Assembly: GCA_963708135.1 (NCBI GenBank)
Contig: OY970192.1
Coordinates: forward strand, 2,413,465-2,477,464
Length of the DNA stretch: 64,000 nt
Direction of reading: 5' to 3'
Source: an uncultured Gemmatimonadales bacterium
Lineage (GTDB): Bacteria > Gemmatimonadota > Gemmatimonadetes > Longimicrobiales > RSA9
Part shown: one piece after another, positions 33,653 through 43,187 of the stretch
How the letters are laid out: every line of letters starts with the position of its first letter
How positions within the stretch are numbered: position 1 is the first letter of the stretch
Notes under the pieces: generated by a model
The model's input: the letters and a program-made list of their open reading frames with translations, nothing else
Told to the model about the DNA's origin: nothing
Databases searched by the model: none
Position numbers and translations under genes: made by a program

Positions 33653-35101
33653 TCACCCCCTCCTCCACCTCGCCCCCTGCGCCGTATCCTCGACGACCAC
33701 GCCCGCGGCAGTCAGCTCCTCGCGGATCGCGTCGGCGGCGGCGAAATCGCGGGCCTTGCGCGCCGCCTGGCGCGCGGACAGCCGCTCCTCGACCCAGGCG
33801 GCGAAGTCCTCGTCGACGCCGGGCGCGTGGGCGTGGGCGAGCGAGATCACGCCGAGCACCTCGTCGGCGCGGCGCAGCGCGGCGAGTGCCGTGTCGCGCT
33901 CGGCCGCCGCCACGCTGCCGGAGGCATCGAGCGCGGCGTTGCCCTGGCGCACGAACGTGAAGAGGGCGGCGAGCGCGGCGGGGGTGTTCAGGTCCTCGTC
34001 GAGCGCGGCCTCGAAGTCCCGGAGCAGGGTCTCGGCGAGCGCGGGCAGCGGCGAGGGGGGCGCGTCGGGCGAGGTCGTCGCCTTCTCGAGGCGGGTCTCG
34101 AACTCCACGAGCCGGCGGACCGCCGCCGCGGCGTCATCCAGCCCGTCCTCGCTGAAGTTGAGCTCCTTGCGGTAGTGGGCGGAGAGGAGCAGGTAGCGGA
34201 TGGCGGCGGGGCTGCGGCCGTCCTCGAGCAGCGCGCGCAGGGTGACGAAGTTGCCGAGCGACTTCGACATCTTCTCGGCGTTGATCGTCAGGTGCTTCAC
34301 GTGCAGCCAGGTGCGCACGAAGGGCTCGCCGGTGGCGGCCTCGGACTGCGCGATCTCGTCCTCGTGGTGCGGGAAGATGAGGTCCTCGCCGCCCACGTGG
34401 ATGTCGAAGGTGTCGCCGAGCTCGGCCATGCTCATGGCGGAGCACTCGATGTGCCAGCCGGGGCGGCCCTCGCCCCACGGCGTCGGCCAGACCGCGCCGA
34501 CCCGGCGGTCGGCATCGCGGGAGGCCTTCCACAGCGCGAAGTCGCGCGCATCCTCCTTGAAGTCGTCCGCGTCCGCGACCCGCGCCCGCTGCTCGAGCCC
34601 CGCGCCGGAGCGGATCTCGCGAGTGTCCAGCCTGGACAGGCGGCCGTAGGCGGGGAACGAGGAGATGTCGAAGTACACGGAGCCGCCGGCCTCGTAGGCG
34701 TGCCCGCGCTCGAGGAGGCGGCCGATCAGCTCGACCATCTGCTCGATGTGGTGCGTGGCCCGGGGGTAGACGTCGGCGGGGCGCACGCCCAGCGTCTCGA
34801 GGTCCTCGAAGAAGCCGCGGGCGACGCTCTCCGTGAACGCGTCCAGCGCGATGTCCGCCTCCGCCGCGCCATTGATGGTGCGGTCGTCCACGTCCGTCAG
34901 GTTCATGACGAAGCGGACGTCGAGCCCCTTCCACTCGAGGGTGCGGTGCACCAGGTCCGAGAAGAGGAACGTGCGGTAGTTGCCGATGTGCGGCAGCTTG
35001 TAGACCGTGGGGCCGCACGCGTACATGCCGATGCGGCCCGGCTCGAGCGGCTCGAGCGGCTCGAGCGCGCGGCTGAGCGTGTTGTAGAGCTTGAGCGCCA
35101 T
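33653..35101 (-). CDS. cysS: cysteine--tRNA ligase
   Basis: Start set at MALKLYNTLS; class I motifs HIGNYRT and KMSKS; N-terminus carries a LEPLEPLEP triplicated 9-nt repeat. Confidence 0.95.
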   Translation of the reverse strand: MALKLYNTLSRALEPLEPLEPGRIGMYACGPTVYKLPHIGNYRTFLFSDLVHRTLEWKGLDVRFVMNLTDVDDRTINGAAEADIALDAFTESVARGFFEDLETLGVRPADVYPRATHHIEQMVELIGRLLERGHAYEAGGSVYFDISSFPAYGRLSRLDTREIRSGAGLEQRARVADADDFKEDARDFALWKASRDADRRVGAVWPTPWGEGRPGWHIECSAMSMAELGDTFDIHVGGEDLIFPHHEDEIAQSEAATGEPFVRTWLHVKHLTINAEKMSKSLGNFVTLRALLEDGRSPAAIRYLLLSAHYRKELNFSEDGLDDAAAAVRRLVEFETRLEKATTSPDAPPSPLPALAETLLRDFEAALDEDLNTPAALAALFTFVRQGNAALDASGSVAAAERDTALAALRRADEVLGVISLAHAHAPGVDEDFAAWVEERLSARQAARKARDFAAADAIREELTAAGVVVEDTAQGARWRRG

Positions 35102-35111
35102 CGTCCGCTCC

Positions 35112-36083
35112 CTACCTCCCCGGCTCGGCCGCGCCCCGCCCCGCGAGCGCGCCATCGCCCGCGGGCTCCGGCCGCTGGCCGTCCCCCCAGTAGAACGTCA
35201 TGTGCGGGAACGGGATCTCGATCCCCTCCGCGTCGAAGCGGTTCTTCACCCGCCGGCGCAGCTCGCGTGCAATGTCCCACTGCTTGAGCGGCAGCGTCTT
35301 GGCCATGACGCGCACGACCACCGCCGAGTCGCCAAATTCCTGCACGCCCGGCACGACCGGCTCCTCCAGCAGCAGCGGCGCCCACTCGGTGTCGCCGTAC
35401 AGCTGCTCGCACAGCTCGCGCAGCACCGCGATCACCCGGTCCACGTCCTCCTTGTACGCCACCCCGATGTCCAGCACGGCGCGCGACCACGACTTGGTCA
35501 GGTTGCTGACCATGGTGACCTCGCCGTTCGGGATGATGTGGACCACGCCCTCGACGTCGCGCAGCACGGTCGTGCGCAGGGTGATCTTCTCGACCGTGCC
35601 GGCCGTGCCGCCGATGCGGACCACGTCGCCGATGCCGAACTGCCCCTCCATCAGCATGAACGTGCCGTTGATGATGTCCTTCACGAGCGACTGCGCGCCG
35701 AAGGAGAAGGCCAGCCCGACGATGCCGACGGACGCGAGCAGCGGCGCGATGTCGATGTACTGCTTCAGGACCATCAGGGCCGCGATGGTCGCGATGCTGA
35801 ACACCGCCACGTTGTTCAGCAGGCTGGCGATCGTCTGGACGCGCTGCTCGCGCACCCGCTTCACCAGCGGGTCCTCCTCCTCGATCTGGTGCATCACGAG
35901 GCGGTGCGTGAACAGCTTGGTCAGCCGGTAGGCAACGAAGGCGACGACCACGATGATGACGGTCGCGATGAGGTCGGCGACGAGCCGCTCCGCGTTGAAT
36001 CCGGGCAGCAGGCGCAGCCCCCCCGTGTCCGCTCCGGCCGCCGCCGCCCGGCCCGCCAGCACCCGTGCGGCCTGGAGCATCAC
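35112..36083 (-). CDS. mechanosensitive ion channel, MscS family
   Basis: 323 aa; TM helices then the conserved MscS beta domain (FGIGDVVRIGGTAGTVEKITLRTTVLRDVEGVVHIIPNGEV). Confidence 0.85.
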   Translation of the reverse strand: MMLQAARVLAGRAAAAGADTGGLRLLPGFNAERLVADLIATVIIVVVAFVAYRLTKLFTHRLVMHQIEEEDPLVKRVREQRVQTIASLLNNVAVFSIATIAALMVLKQYIDIAPLLASVGIVGLAFSFGAQSLVKDIINGTFMLMEGQFGIGDVVRIGGTAGTVEKITLRTTVLRDVEGVVHIIPNGEVTMVSNLTKSWSRAVLDIGVAYKEDVDRVIAVLRELCEQLYGDTEWAPLLLEEPVVPGVQEFGDSAVVVRVMAKTLPLKQWDIARELRRRVKNRFDAEGIEIPFPHMTFYWGDGQRPEPAGDGALAGRGAAEPGR

Positions 36084-36508
36084 GGCAGCAGCCGGATCTG
36101 GGTGATCCGCCAGCCGTCCGACTCCCGGACGAGCGCCAGGAACACCGTCGCGTGCTCGGGGATCGTGGTGCCGCGCGTGCGCGTGAACCAGGCCAGCTCG
36201 CCGAACGCGCGCGGCGGCGCGCCACCCACGATCTGCGCCAGCCCCGCGCGCAGCGTGACCGTCTCCCGGTCGTCGAAGATCCGCCGCAGCATGGCCGCCG
36301 CCTGGCGCGCGCCGAGCGGGCCGACCGGGCCGCCGTTCACGTCGATCGACAGCCCCGAGCGGGACGCCAACGCCGCCACGCCGGCCGCATCACCGTGCGC
36401 CCACGCGTTGGCGAAGCGGTCGAGCGCGCGCTCCAGCTCCTGGGCATGCAGGGGGCCGGCCACCGCCAGGAGGAGCGCGACGGCGAGCAGCAGCGGGCGC
36501 CGCATCAT
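36080..36508 (-). CDS. secreted NTF2-like (SnoaL/DUF4440-like) protein
   Basis: 142 aa, signal peptide MMRRPLLLAVALLLAVAGPLHAQ; 4-nt overlaps with pyrF and mscS. Confidence 0.5.
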   Translation of the reverse strand: MMRRPLLLAVALLLAVAGPLHAQELERALDRFANAWAHGDAAGVAALASRSGLSIDVNGGPVGPLGARQAAAMLRRIFDDRETVTLRAGLAQIVGGAPPRAFGELAWFTRTRGTTIPEHATVFLALVRESDGWRITQIRLLP

Positions 36509-37212
36509 TCACCGGCCTCCACCATGCCGGCGATCTCCTCGTTGATGCGCTCCGCGACGGCCACGGGATCCTCCGCGCCGGTGATCGGCCGCCCGATCAC
36601 GAGGTAGTCGGCGCCGGCACGCACCGCCTCCGCCGGCGTGGCGATGCGGGCCTGGTCGCCCTGCAGCTCGCCCGCGGGCCGGATCCCCGGCGTCACCACC
36701 AGGAAGTCCGCGCCGTAGCGGCGCTTCATGACCTCGGCCTCGAGCGCGGAGGTGACGATGCCGTGGAGCCCCGCGTCCGCGGCCAGCCCGGCAAGGCGCG
36801 CCACCTCCTCGCGCATTGACAGCAGCTCCTTGCCCCAGACCTCCTCGACGTCTCCCGGCGTGAACGACGTGAGCAGCGTCACGCCGAGCAGCCGTGGCCC
36901 ATCGTCTCCGGCCGCCTCCCGTGCCGCCCGCAGCATGGCCGTGCCGCCGGACGCGTGCAGCGTGAGCATCTCGACCTCGAGCTCCGCGGCCGCCCGCACA
37001 GCCTGCGCGACGGTGTTCGGGATGTCATGGAACTTCAGATCGAGGAAGACGCGGCGGCCGCGCTCGCGCAGCGCGTGCACGATCTCCGGACCGCCGCGCG
37101 TGAAGAGGGACGGGCCGATCTTGTAGAAGTCGACGGTGTCGCCGAGGCGGTTCACGAGCTGGAGCGCCCGGGCGACCTCCGGCAGGTCGAGCGCGACGAT
37201 GATCTCAGGCAT
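36505..37212 (-). CDS. pyrF: orotidine 5'-phosphate decarboxylase
   Basis: Start set at MPEIIVALDLPEVARA (cat 37210-37212); DLKFHDIPNTV motif; upstream in-frame part of the ORF-track ORF is an artefact. Confidence 0.9.
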   Translation of the reverse strand: MPEIIVALDLPEVARALQLVNRLGDTVDFYKIGPSLFTRGGPEIVHALRERGRRVFLDLKFHDIPNTVAQAVRAAAELEVEMLTLHASGGTAMLRAAREAAGDDGPRLLGVTLLTSFTPGDVEEVWGKELLSMREEVARLAGLAADAGLHGIVTSALEAEVMKRRYGADFLVVTPGIRPAGELQGDQARIATPAEAVRAGADYLVIGRPITGAEDPVAVAERINEEIAGMVEAGE

Positions 37213-38158
37213 GCGCGGCCTTGTGCGGGGAAGGCGCGCGCCCGCCGGCGTGCGCCGCTCCGACCAGCTCGCGGACGTCGGCCACCCGCTGCCGCCGGCC
37301 GAGCCGTTCGAGTCCAGACAATACACGCGCGGCCGCGCGAGGGTCCGCGAAACTGGCCGTCCCGACCTGCACCAGCGAGGCTCCCGCGAGCAGGTACTGC
37401 ATGGCATCTTCCGCCGTGCGGATCCCGCCCACGCCCAGGATCGGCACGTCCACACGCCGCCTCGCCTGCCACACCGCGTGCACCCCGATCGGCAGGAGCG
37501 CCGGCCCGCTCACCCCACCCGGCCCCTGCCCCAGCACCGGCCGCCGCGTCTCCAGGTCGAAGAGCAGCCCCGGATGCGTGTTCACCAGCGTGAGCCCGTC
37601 CGCCCCCTCGCCCACCACCACCTCCGCCATGCGGCCGATGTCGGGGACGTTCGGCGCGAGCTTGACCACCAGCGGCCGGCTCGTGGCCGCGCGGCAGGCG
37701 CGCACCACCGCCGCGAGCAGGTCCTCGCGCGCGGAGAAGAGCGCGCCGCCCTCCTTCACGTTCGGGCAGGAGACGTTCAGCTCGAAGGCGTGGAAGCCGG
37801 CCTCGCCGTCCAGCGCGGCCACCAGCCGCGCGAACTCCTCGACCGTCGCGCCGGCCACGTTCACCAGCACCCGCGCCCGCCTCAGGCGCTGCGCCAGCCA
37901 CGGCAGCTTCTCCGCGCGGAACGCGTCGAGCCCGACGTTCGCGAGCCCCACGGAGTTCAGCATCCCGGCGCCGAACTCCGCCACCCGCGGCGCGGGGTTG
38001 CCCGCGCGCGGCTCCAGCGTGAGCCCCTTGGTCACGAGCCCGCCGAGCGCATCGAGCTCGATCAGCTCCGAGAGCTCCTCGCCGTAGCCGCACGTGCCGC
38101 TGGCCAGCAGCACGGGGTTCTGGAAGGTCGTCCCGAACAGCTCCTGCGCGAGCTCCAA
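37205..38158 (-). CDS. pyrD: dihydroorotate dehydrogenase (class 1 catalytic subunit); probable TTG start
   Basis: LELAQELFGTTFQNPVLLASGTCGYG...NVSCPNV...; RBS gggagga then ttg at 38156-38158, just after the upstream gene's TGA; the 1049-aa ORF-track ORF fuses this with the upstream gene by read-through. Confidence 0.85.
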   Translation of the reverse strand: MELAQELFGTTFQNPVLLASGTCGYGEELSELIELDALGGLVTKGLTLEPRAGNPAPRVAEFGAGMLNSVGLANVGLDAFRAEKLPWLAQRLRRARVLVNVAGATVEEFARLVAALDGEAGFHAFELNVSCPNVKEGGALFSAREDLLAAVVRACRAATSRPLVVKLAPNVPDIGRMAEVVVGEGADGLTLVNTHPGLLFDLETRRPVLGQGPGGVSGPALLPIGVHAVWQARRRVDVPILGVGGIRTAEDAMQYLLAGASLVQVGTASFADPRAAARVLSGLERLGRRQRVADVRELVGAAHAGGRAPSPHKAAHA

Positions 38159-38169
38159 GCGTCCTCCCG

Positions 38170-39854
38170 TCAGTGCCCGAGGGTGTCCCGGTCCCGGCTG
38201 CGCGCTCTCAGGCGGCCCACGGCCGTCGTGTCCACGAAGGCGAGGGTGTCGGCCCGGAGGAAGAACGCCAGCTTCACGCTGTCCTGCCGCAGGCACGCGC
38301 CGCGTACGCTGTCCGCCCGGATCCCCTTGAGCGCCAGGCTGTCCATGAGGCTGCCGCACGCCAGAATGCACGCTGTCCGCCTCCGCCGCCTTCTTCACGC
38401 TGTCCAGCGCCGCCACCGCCTGCGCCACGCCGGCATCGCGCCCTTCCGCCTCGTGCTCGGCGTTCGTCCGCAACGCCGAGAGCGCCGCCGACAGCCGCTC
38501 CTCCGCGTCCGAGAACGCGCCCGGCTCCGCCGCCGTACCCCGCACCGCCGCCAGGTAGACGTTCCCGTCATAGCCTTCCAGGCGACGTCGCAGCGAATCC
38601 CTCGCCGCGCCCGCAGGCGCCACCGCCGCCGCCGCGAGCAGCGCCTTGGCCGCCCACGGCGAACGCGGCACCAGGTCCGCGTAGGACGTGAAGAAGCGGC
38701 GCGCGAGCACCGGCGCCGCCAGCACGTCGCGGGCGAGCTCCGCCGCCTCGAAGAGCGCCAGCGGCTGTCCGGACGCCGCGAGCCCCGCCAGCACCTCCAC
38801 TGTCTTCAGGCCGTGCAGCAGCGCCTGCGCCTCGGCGTCGGCCACGGCCGGCAGCAGGGTGGCGCGGACCGACGCGAGCCCCGGCAGGTCGCTCACCCGG
38901 GCCAGCTCCCAGCGGGCGAGGCGCACCCGGGCACGCGCCGCCGTGCGCGCGTCCGCGGCCTGCGCCAGATCGTGCGCCTCCCGCCGCGCGGATGCGGTGT
39001 CGCCCGCCTCCTCCGCGAGCTGCGCCCGCTCGAGCAGCAGCGTCGAGCGCGGCCGCGCCGTCCAGAGCGCCTTGCCGACGGGCTCCAGCAGCGACCTTGC
39101 CGTATCCGCCCCCCACCGCTCCGCCGCCGCCCGCGCCAGCGCCGCGATGCTGTCGGCGGCGCCGTCGGCATCCGGATCCCTGAACAGCGCGCCCAGCGCG
39201 GCCGCCGCCCGCGCCCGCCCGCCGCCCACCACGGCGCGGCGCACGGCCTCCAGCCGGGCGTCCCGGCCGAGCGTGCCGGGCGCGCCGGCCGCCGCCTCCA
39301 GGTCGCGCCAGGCGCCCGCGGAATCGTCCGCCGCGAAGCGGGCCCGCGCGCGCCACAGGTGCGCGAACGCCGTCGCCTGCTGCCCCGGCTCGAGCACGGC
39401 GAGGGCGGAGTCGAGCTGGACGAGCCCGGCCGCCGCATCGTCGATCCGCACCTCCGAGGCGCCCAGGTAGGCGTGCGCCTCGGCGCGCATGCGGCGGTCA
39501 CCCGCGAGCGGCAGCAGCCGCGTAAAGCTGACGCGCGCGGAGTCGTACTGCGCGAGCGCGAACTGCGAGCGGCCGATCAGGTAGAGCGCGTCATCCGACC
39601 AGCGGCCGTGGGGCGCGCGCTTGAGGCTCTTGCGCGCCTTCTCCACCGCCTGCCCGTAGTCGGTCCGCGCGGTGGCGCGGTCGCCCTTGGACTCCGCGCG
39701 TTGCGCCTGGCCGTACAGCCGGCGCGCGTTGTAGAGCGAGTTGAAGTACGCGCAGGCCGGGAGGCTGAGCGCCACGAGCGCCGCCGCGAGGATGCCGCGC
39801 AGCCGCGCGCCTCCCGGCGAGCGGCCGGCCGGGGCCGCGCTTCGCCGCGCGCTC
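38170..39854 (-). CDS. TPR-repeat lipoprotein; C-terminal region changes frame near 38368-38378 (apparent 1-nt indel)
   Basis: Start MSARRS...LRGILAAALVALSLPAC (lipobox) in ATGA overlap with amidase stop; GC3 supports the ORF-track frame to ...AEADSV, then the +1 frame (ILACGSLMDSLALKGIRADSVRGACLRQDSVKLAFFLRADTLAFVDTTAVGRLRARSRDRDTLGH*) ending at TGA 38170-38172. Confidence 0.6.
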
Positions 39855-40663
39855 ATCCGCCACCCCCCGCGTGCACCAGACGCGGGTGCGACAGGAAGAA
39901 GGCGTCCACCGCATCCGCCAGCGCGTGCGCGATCCTGTCCTGGAATGCCGAGCCCGCGAGCAGCCGCTCCTCCTTCCGGTCCGAGATGAAGGCCGTCTCC
40001 ACCAGCACGGCCGGCATGAACGCGCCCACGAGCACGCGGAACCCCGCCTGCTTCACGCCGCGGTTCGGCCCCGGCTCGAAGGCCGCCAGCCGCCGCTGGA
40101 CGATCTCCGCCAGGTCGTCGGAGGCGTGGATGTAGTAGTCGTTGCGCAGGTTGTTCAGGATCCTGTCCACGTCCGACCCCGTGGTCGCGCCCGCGTCCTC
40201 GTAGCGAGTCGCCTCGTTCTCCATCTCCGCCACCCGCCGCTCGTCCTCCGTCCGCGCGTCCGAGAGGAAGTACGTCTCGAAGCCGCGCGAGCCGGGGACC
40301 CCGGCGTTGCAGTGGATCGACACGAACAGGGAAGCCGCCCGCCCCGCCTTCCATTCGTTCGCCCGGCGCGGCCGGTCCGCCAGCGAGATCAGCGTGTCCC
40401 GCGCCCGCGTCAGGTGCACCTCGTAGCCCCGCTGCCGCAGCACCGCGCCGAGCTGCTTCGACAGCGCCAGCGTGACGTCCTTCTCGCGCACGCCGTCCGG
40501 CCCGATCCGCCCGGCATCCCGGCCGCCGTGCCCGGCATCGATCACCACGACCCGCCCCGCGCCCATGGTCGGGTGCGCGGAGGCGGTCCGTGCCGTCTGC
40601 GCCACGGCGGACAGGGAGAGGGGCAGCAGCAGCGCCAGCAGGAGGAGGGCTCGCATCATCGTC
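39853..40663 (-). CDS. N-acetylmuramoyl-L-alanine amidase (Amidase_3 family)
   Basis: Start set at MMRALLLLALLLPLSLSAVAQ (signal peptide); VVIDAGHGGRDAG and IHCNA motifs. Confidence 0.85.
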
Positions 40664-41126
40664 CCGCGCGGAAGGCGCGCTCGACCTCCCGCTCGGCCGC
40701 GCGCTTCTTCAGGTCCTCGCGCTTGTCGTAGAGCTTCTTGCCCCGCCCGAGGGCGAGGGTCACCTTGATGTGGCCGTGGCTGAGGTAGAGGTCGAGCGGC
40801 ACGAGCGTGAGCCCCTTCTCCTGCACGGCACCGATCAGCCGCCGGATCTCGGAGCGGTGCAGCAGCAGCTTGCGCGGCCGGACCGGGTCCGTGTTCCAGC
40901 GGCTCGCGGGGTCGTACGGGCTCACGTGCATGTCGTGCAGCCAGACCTCGCCGCGGTCCACGCGGCCAAAGGCCTCGGCCAGGCTCGCCCTCCCCGCCCG
41001 CACCGACTTGACCTCGGGCCCGGTCAGCACGATCCCCGCCTCCCACGTGTCCAGCACGTGGTAGTCGTGGCGCGCCTTCTTGTTCCGGGCAAGGAATTTC
41101 CTCGTGTCCGTGCTGGGCTTGGCCAT
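40656..41126 (-). CDS. smpB: SsrA-binding protein
   Basis: 156 aa, NKKARHDYHVLDTWEAGIVLTGPEVKSVR...GHIKVTLALGRGKK. Confidence 0.95.
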   Translation of the reverse strand: MAKPSTDTRKFLARNKKARHDYHVLDTWEAGIVLTGPEVKSVRAGRASLAEAFGRVDRGEVWLHDMHVSPYDPASRWNTDPVRPRKLLLHRSEIRRLIGAVQEKGLTLVPLDLYLSHGHIKVTLALGRGKKLYDKREDLKKRAAEREVERAFRAGR

Positions 41127-41175
41127 GTGCGATCAATCTATCCGGCGGCGGCGGGCCGCGGAAGTCGTGGCGGGC

Positions 41176-41814
41176 TCAGTAGATGAGGACCGGCGTCCCC
41201 ACGTCCACCAGGTAGTACAGCTCGCGCGCGTCCTCGTTCGTGAAGCGGATGCAGCCGTGCGAGACGCGCCGCTCCGCGGGGTCCGGCCGGAGCACCAGGT
41301 CGGGGTGATCCGTGCCGTGCATCGCCAGCTCGTAGCCGATGTAGAGGGCCGTCGTGCCCAGCGTCCCCGGCTGCCGGCGGTCCGGCGCATCCGCCGACGG
41401 CACCGGCTGCCCCTCCTCAATGTAGGCCCAGTCCGGCTTCACCCACACCGGGTCCTTCTCCTTGCGCTCGACCCGGAACACCCCCCGCGGCGTGCCGAAC
41501 TTCCACGCCCGCTGGCTGTGCTCCAGCCGGAACCCCGTCCCCGTGGCTACGGGCGCGCTCCACAGCACCCGCCGCCCCTCGAGGACGTAGGCCCGGTTCT
41601 CCGCCAGGTGGATCACTACGTAGCGGCCCGGCGCCTCGAGCGCCGCCCGGTCGAGCACGGTCCCGGCGGCGGCGGCGGCGCCCACCTCCGGCGCAGCGGC
41701 GCCGAAGCGCAGCGCAATGCCGTCCGTGCCGTCCTGCGCGCCCGCGCCCCGGGGCGCGAGCGCCAGCAGCGCGAGGCCGAGCGCCTGCCCGGCCCGCGCC
41801 CACGTCCGCCTCAT
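41176..41814 (-). CDS. L,D-transpeptidase (YkuD domain) with signal peptide
   Basis: Start set at MRRTWARAGQALGLALLALAP; catalytic HGCIRFTNEDARELY near the C-terminus. Confidence 0.8.
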   Translation of the reverse strand: MRRTWARAGQALGLALLALAPRGAGAQDGTDGIALRFGAAAPEVGAAAAAGTVLDRAALEAPGRYVVIHLAENRAYVLEGRRVLWSAPVATGTGFRLEHSQRAWKFGTPRGVFRVERKEKDPVWVKPDWAYIEEGQPVPSADAPDRRQPGTLGTTALYIGYELAMHGTDHPDLVLRPDPAERRVSHGCIRFTNEDARELYYLVDVGTPVLIY

Positions 41815-42665
41815 CCCAGCCGCTCCTTCTGCCGTCTGCGGATCCGCTTCATCGCGAAGATCTGCGCCACCTCGCCGCCGAGGATGAACACCACGGCGGA
41901 GTAATAGATCCAGAGCACGAGTACCACCAGCGTGGCCAGGTTGCCGTACATCGAGGTGTAGTCCGCCAGGCTGGTGACGTACCAGGAGAAGCCCTGCTTG
42001 AGCAGCTCGAAGAGGACCGCCGTGAAGGTGGCCGCCACAATGGAGGTGCGCCATTGGGTGCGGCGCGCCGGCAGGTAGCGGTAGACGAGCACGAACATGA
42101 CCCAGATGGAGAGGAACGCCACCGCCTCGACGTAGACCTGGTGCGGGCCCGGCTGGTCGAGCTGGAACCCGAACACGCGCAGCCCGAAGCCCGCGATCAC
42201 GTCCACCGCCACCGTCAGGCCGACGTTCAGCGTGAACAGCGCGCCCGCCGCGAAGACCATCTTCACGTCGAAGATCTTGCCGGCAATGATGCCGCGGTCC
42301 TGGGCCAGGTCGAACACCTGCTTGAGCGTCGAGCGGAGCGTGCCGATCAGGCGGGTGGCGAACCAGATCAGCCCGACCATGCCGATGCTCAGCAAGCCCG
42401 TCGAACTGGTCCACCAGTCCGTGCAGCAGCTGCGCGATCCACTGCTCGAACTGCGGGCTCACGGGGGGAATGCTGCGCAGGACGATGTCGAGCAGCTTGC
42501 CGGTGGGATTGCCCTCCTGCTGGCGCAGGATGAAGCCGGCCATCCCCAGCACGGCCAGGATCAATGGGACGAAGGCGACGAGCACGTTGAACGCGATCGC
42601 CGCCGCCATGAAGAAGATGTCGTCCGCGCCCGCCTTGTCCCAGATCCGGCGGATGAAGTCCTGCC
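41811..42665 (-). CDS. YihY/BrkB-family membrane protein, frame broken by a 1-nt insertion near 42404-42406; start unresolved
   Basis: N-terminal part (IWDKAGADDIFFMAAAIAFNVLVAFVPLILAV...LLHGLVDQ) and C-terminal part (TGLLSIGMVGLIWFATRLIGTLRST...) are in different frames; deleting one base in cagtTcgacg joins them as LVDQSTGLLSIG; a G7 run at ~42650 may hide a second indel. Confidence 0.7.
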
Positions 42666-42697
42666 CCCCGCGCCACCCGCGCCCCGCGGCGGACCCC

Positions 42698-43138
42698 TCA
42701 GTCGCGGGCTTCGTCGTCCTCCTCCAGCTCGACCTCGATCTCGAGATCGGACTGCCCCTCCGCCGTGTACGCCCGGCGCGCTTCGTCGAAGGTCTCGCGC
42801 GTCTCGCGGATGCGACGCTCCATGTCCGCCCGCGTCTCGCGCGCCGCCGTCCGGCCCGTGTCGAGGGCATCGCGCGCCGCGTCCATCGTGCCGCCCACCT
42901 GGCGCCGCACGCTCTCCACCGTGTCGCCGACCGCGTCCTGCACCTGCCGCACCGCGTCCTCCGCCCGGTCGCGGACGCGGCGGGCGCCATCCCGCAGCCC
43001 CTCGCGCGTCTCCCGCCCCGAGCGCGGCGCGAGCAGCAGCGCCGCCCCCGCCCCGAGCATCAGTCCCCAAACGAACGCCCGGAAGCCGCCTGTCTCCCGC
43101 TCCACCACGATGTAGGGTAGCTCCTCGTAGTCGCTCAT
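42698..43138 (-). CDS. YtxH-like (DUF948) protein
   Basis: Start set at MSDYEELPYIVVERETGGFRAFVWGLMLGAGAALLLAP; single TM, then an Arg/Asp/Glu-rich helical region. Confidence 0.6.
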   Translation of the reverse strand: MSDYEELPYIVVERETGGFRAFVWGLMLGAGAALLLAPRSGRETREGLRDGARRVRDRAEDAVRQVQDAVGDTVESVRRQVGGTMDAARDALDTGRTAARETRADMERRIRETRETFDEARRAYTAEGQSDLEIEVELEEDDEARD

Positions 43139-43187
43139 GTCGCAATCGCTCCTGTCGGGACGCACGCTCCGGCGCGTGCGGCGGGGT

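Noticed and set aside
37136-40135. 999-aa plus-strand ORF opposite pyrD/TPR/amidase
   Set aside because: Arg/Pro/Glu-rich nonsense translation; antisense artefact
37205-40354. 1049-aa minus-strand ORF
   Set aside because: Chimera of an upstream read-through, the TPR lipoprotein (wrong frame at its 3' end) and pyrD; resolved into separate genes by the TGA at 38170-38172, the RBS/TTG of pyrD and GC3 analysis
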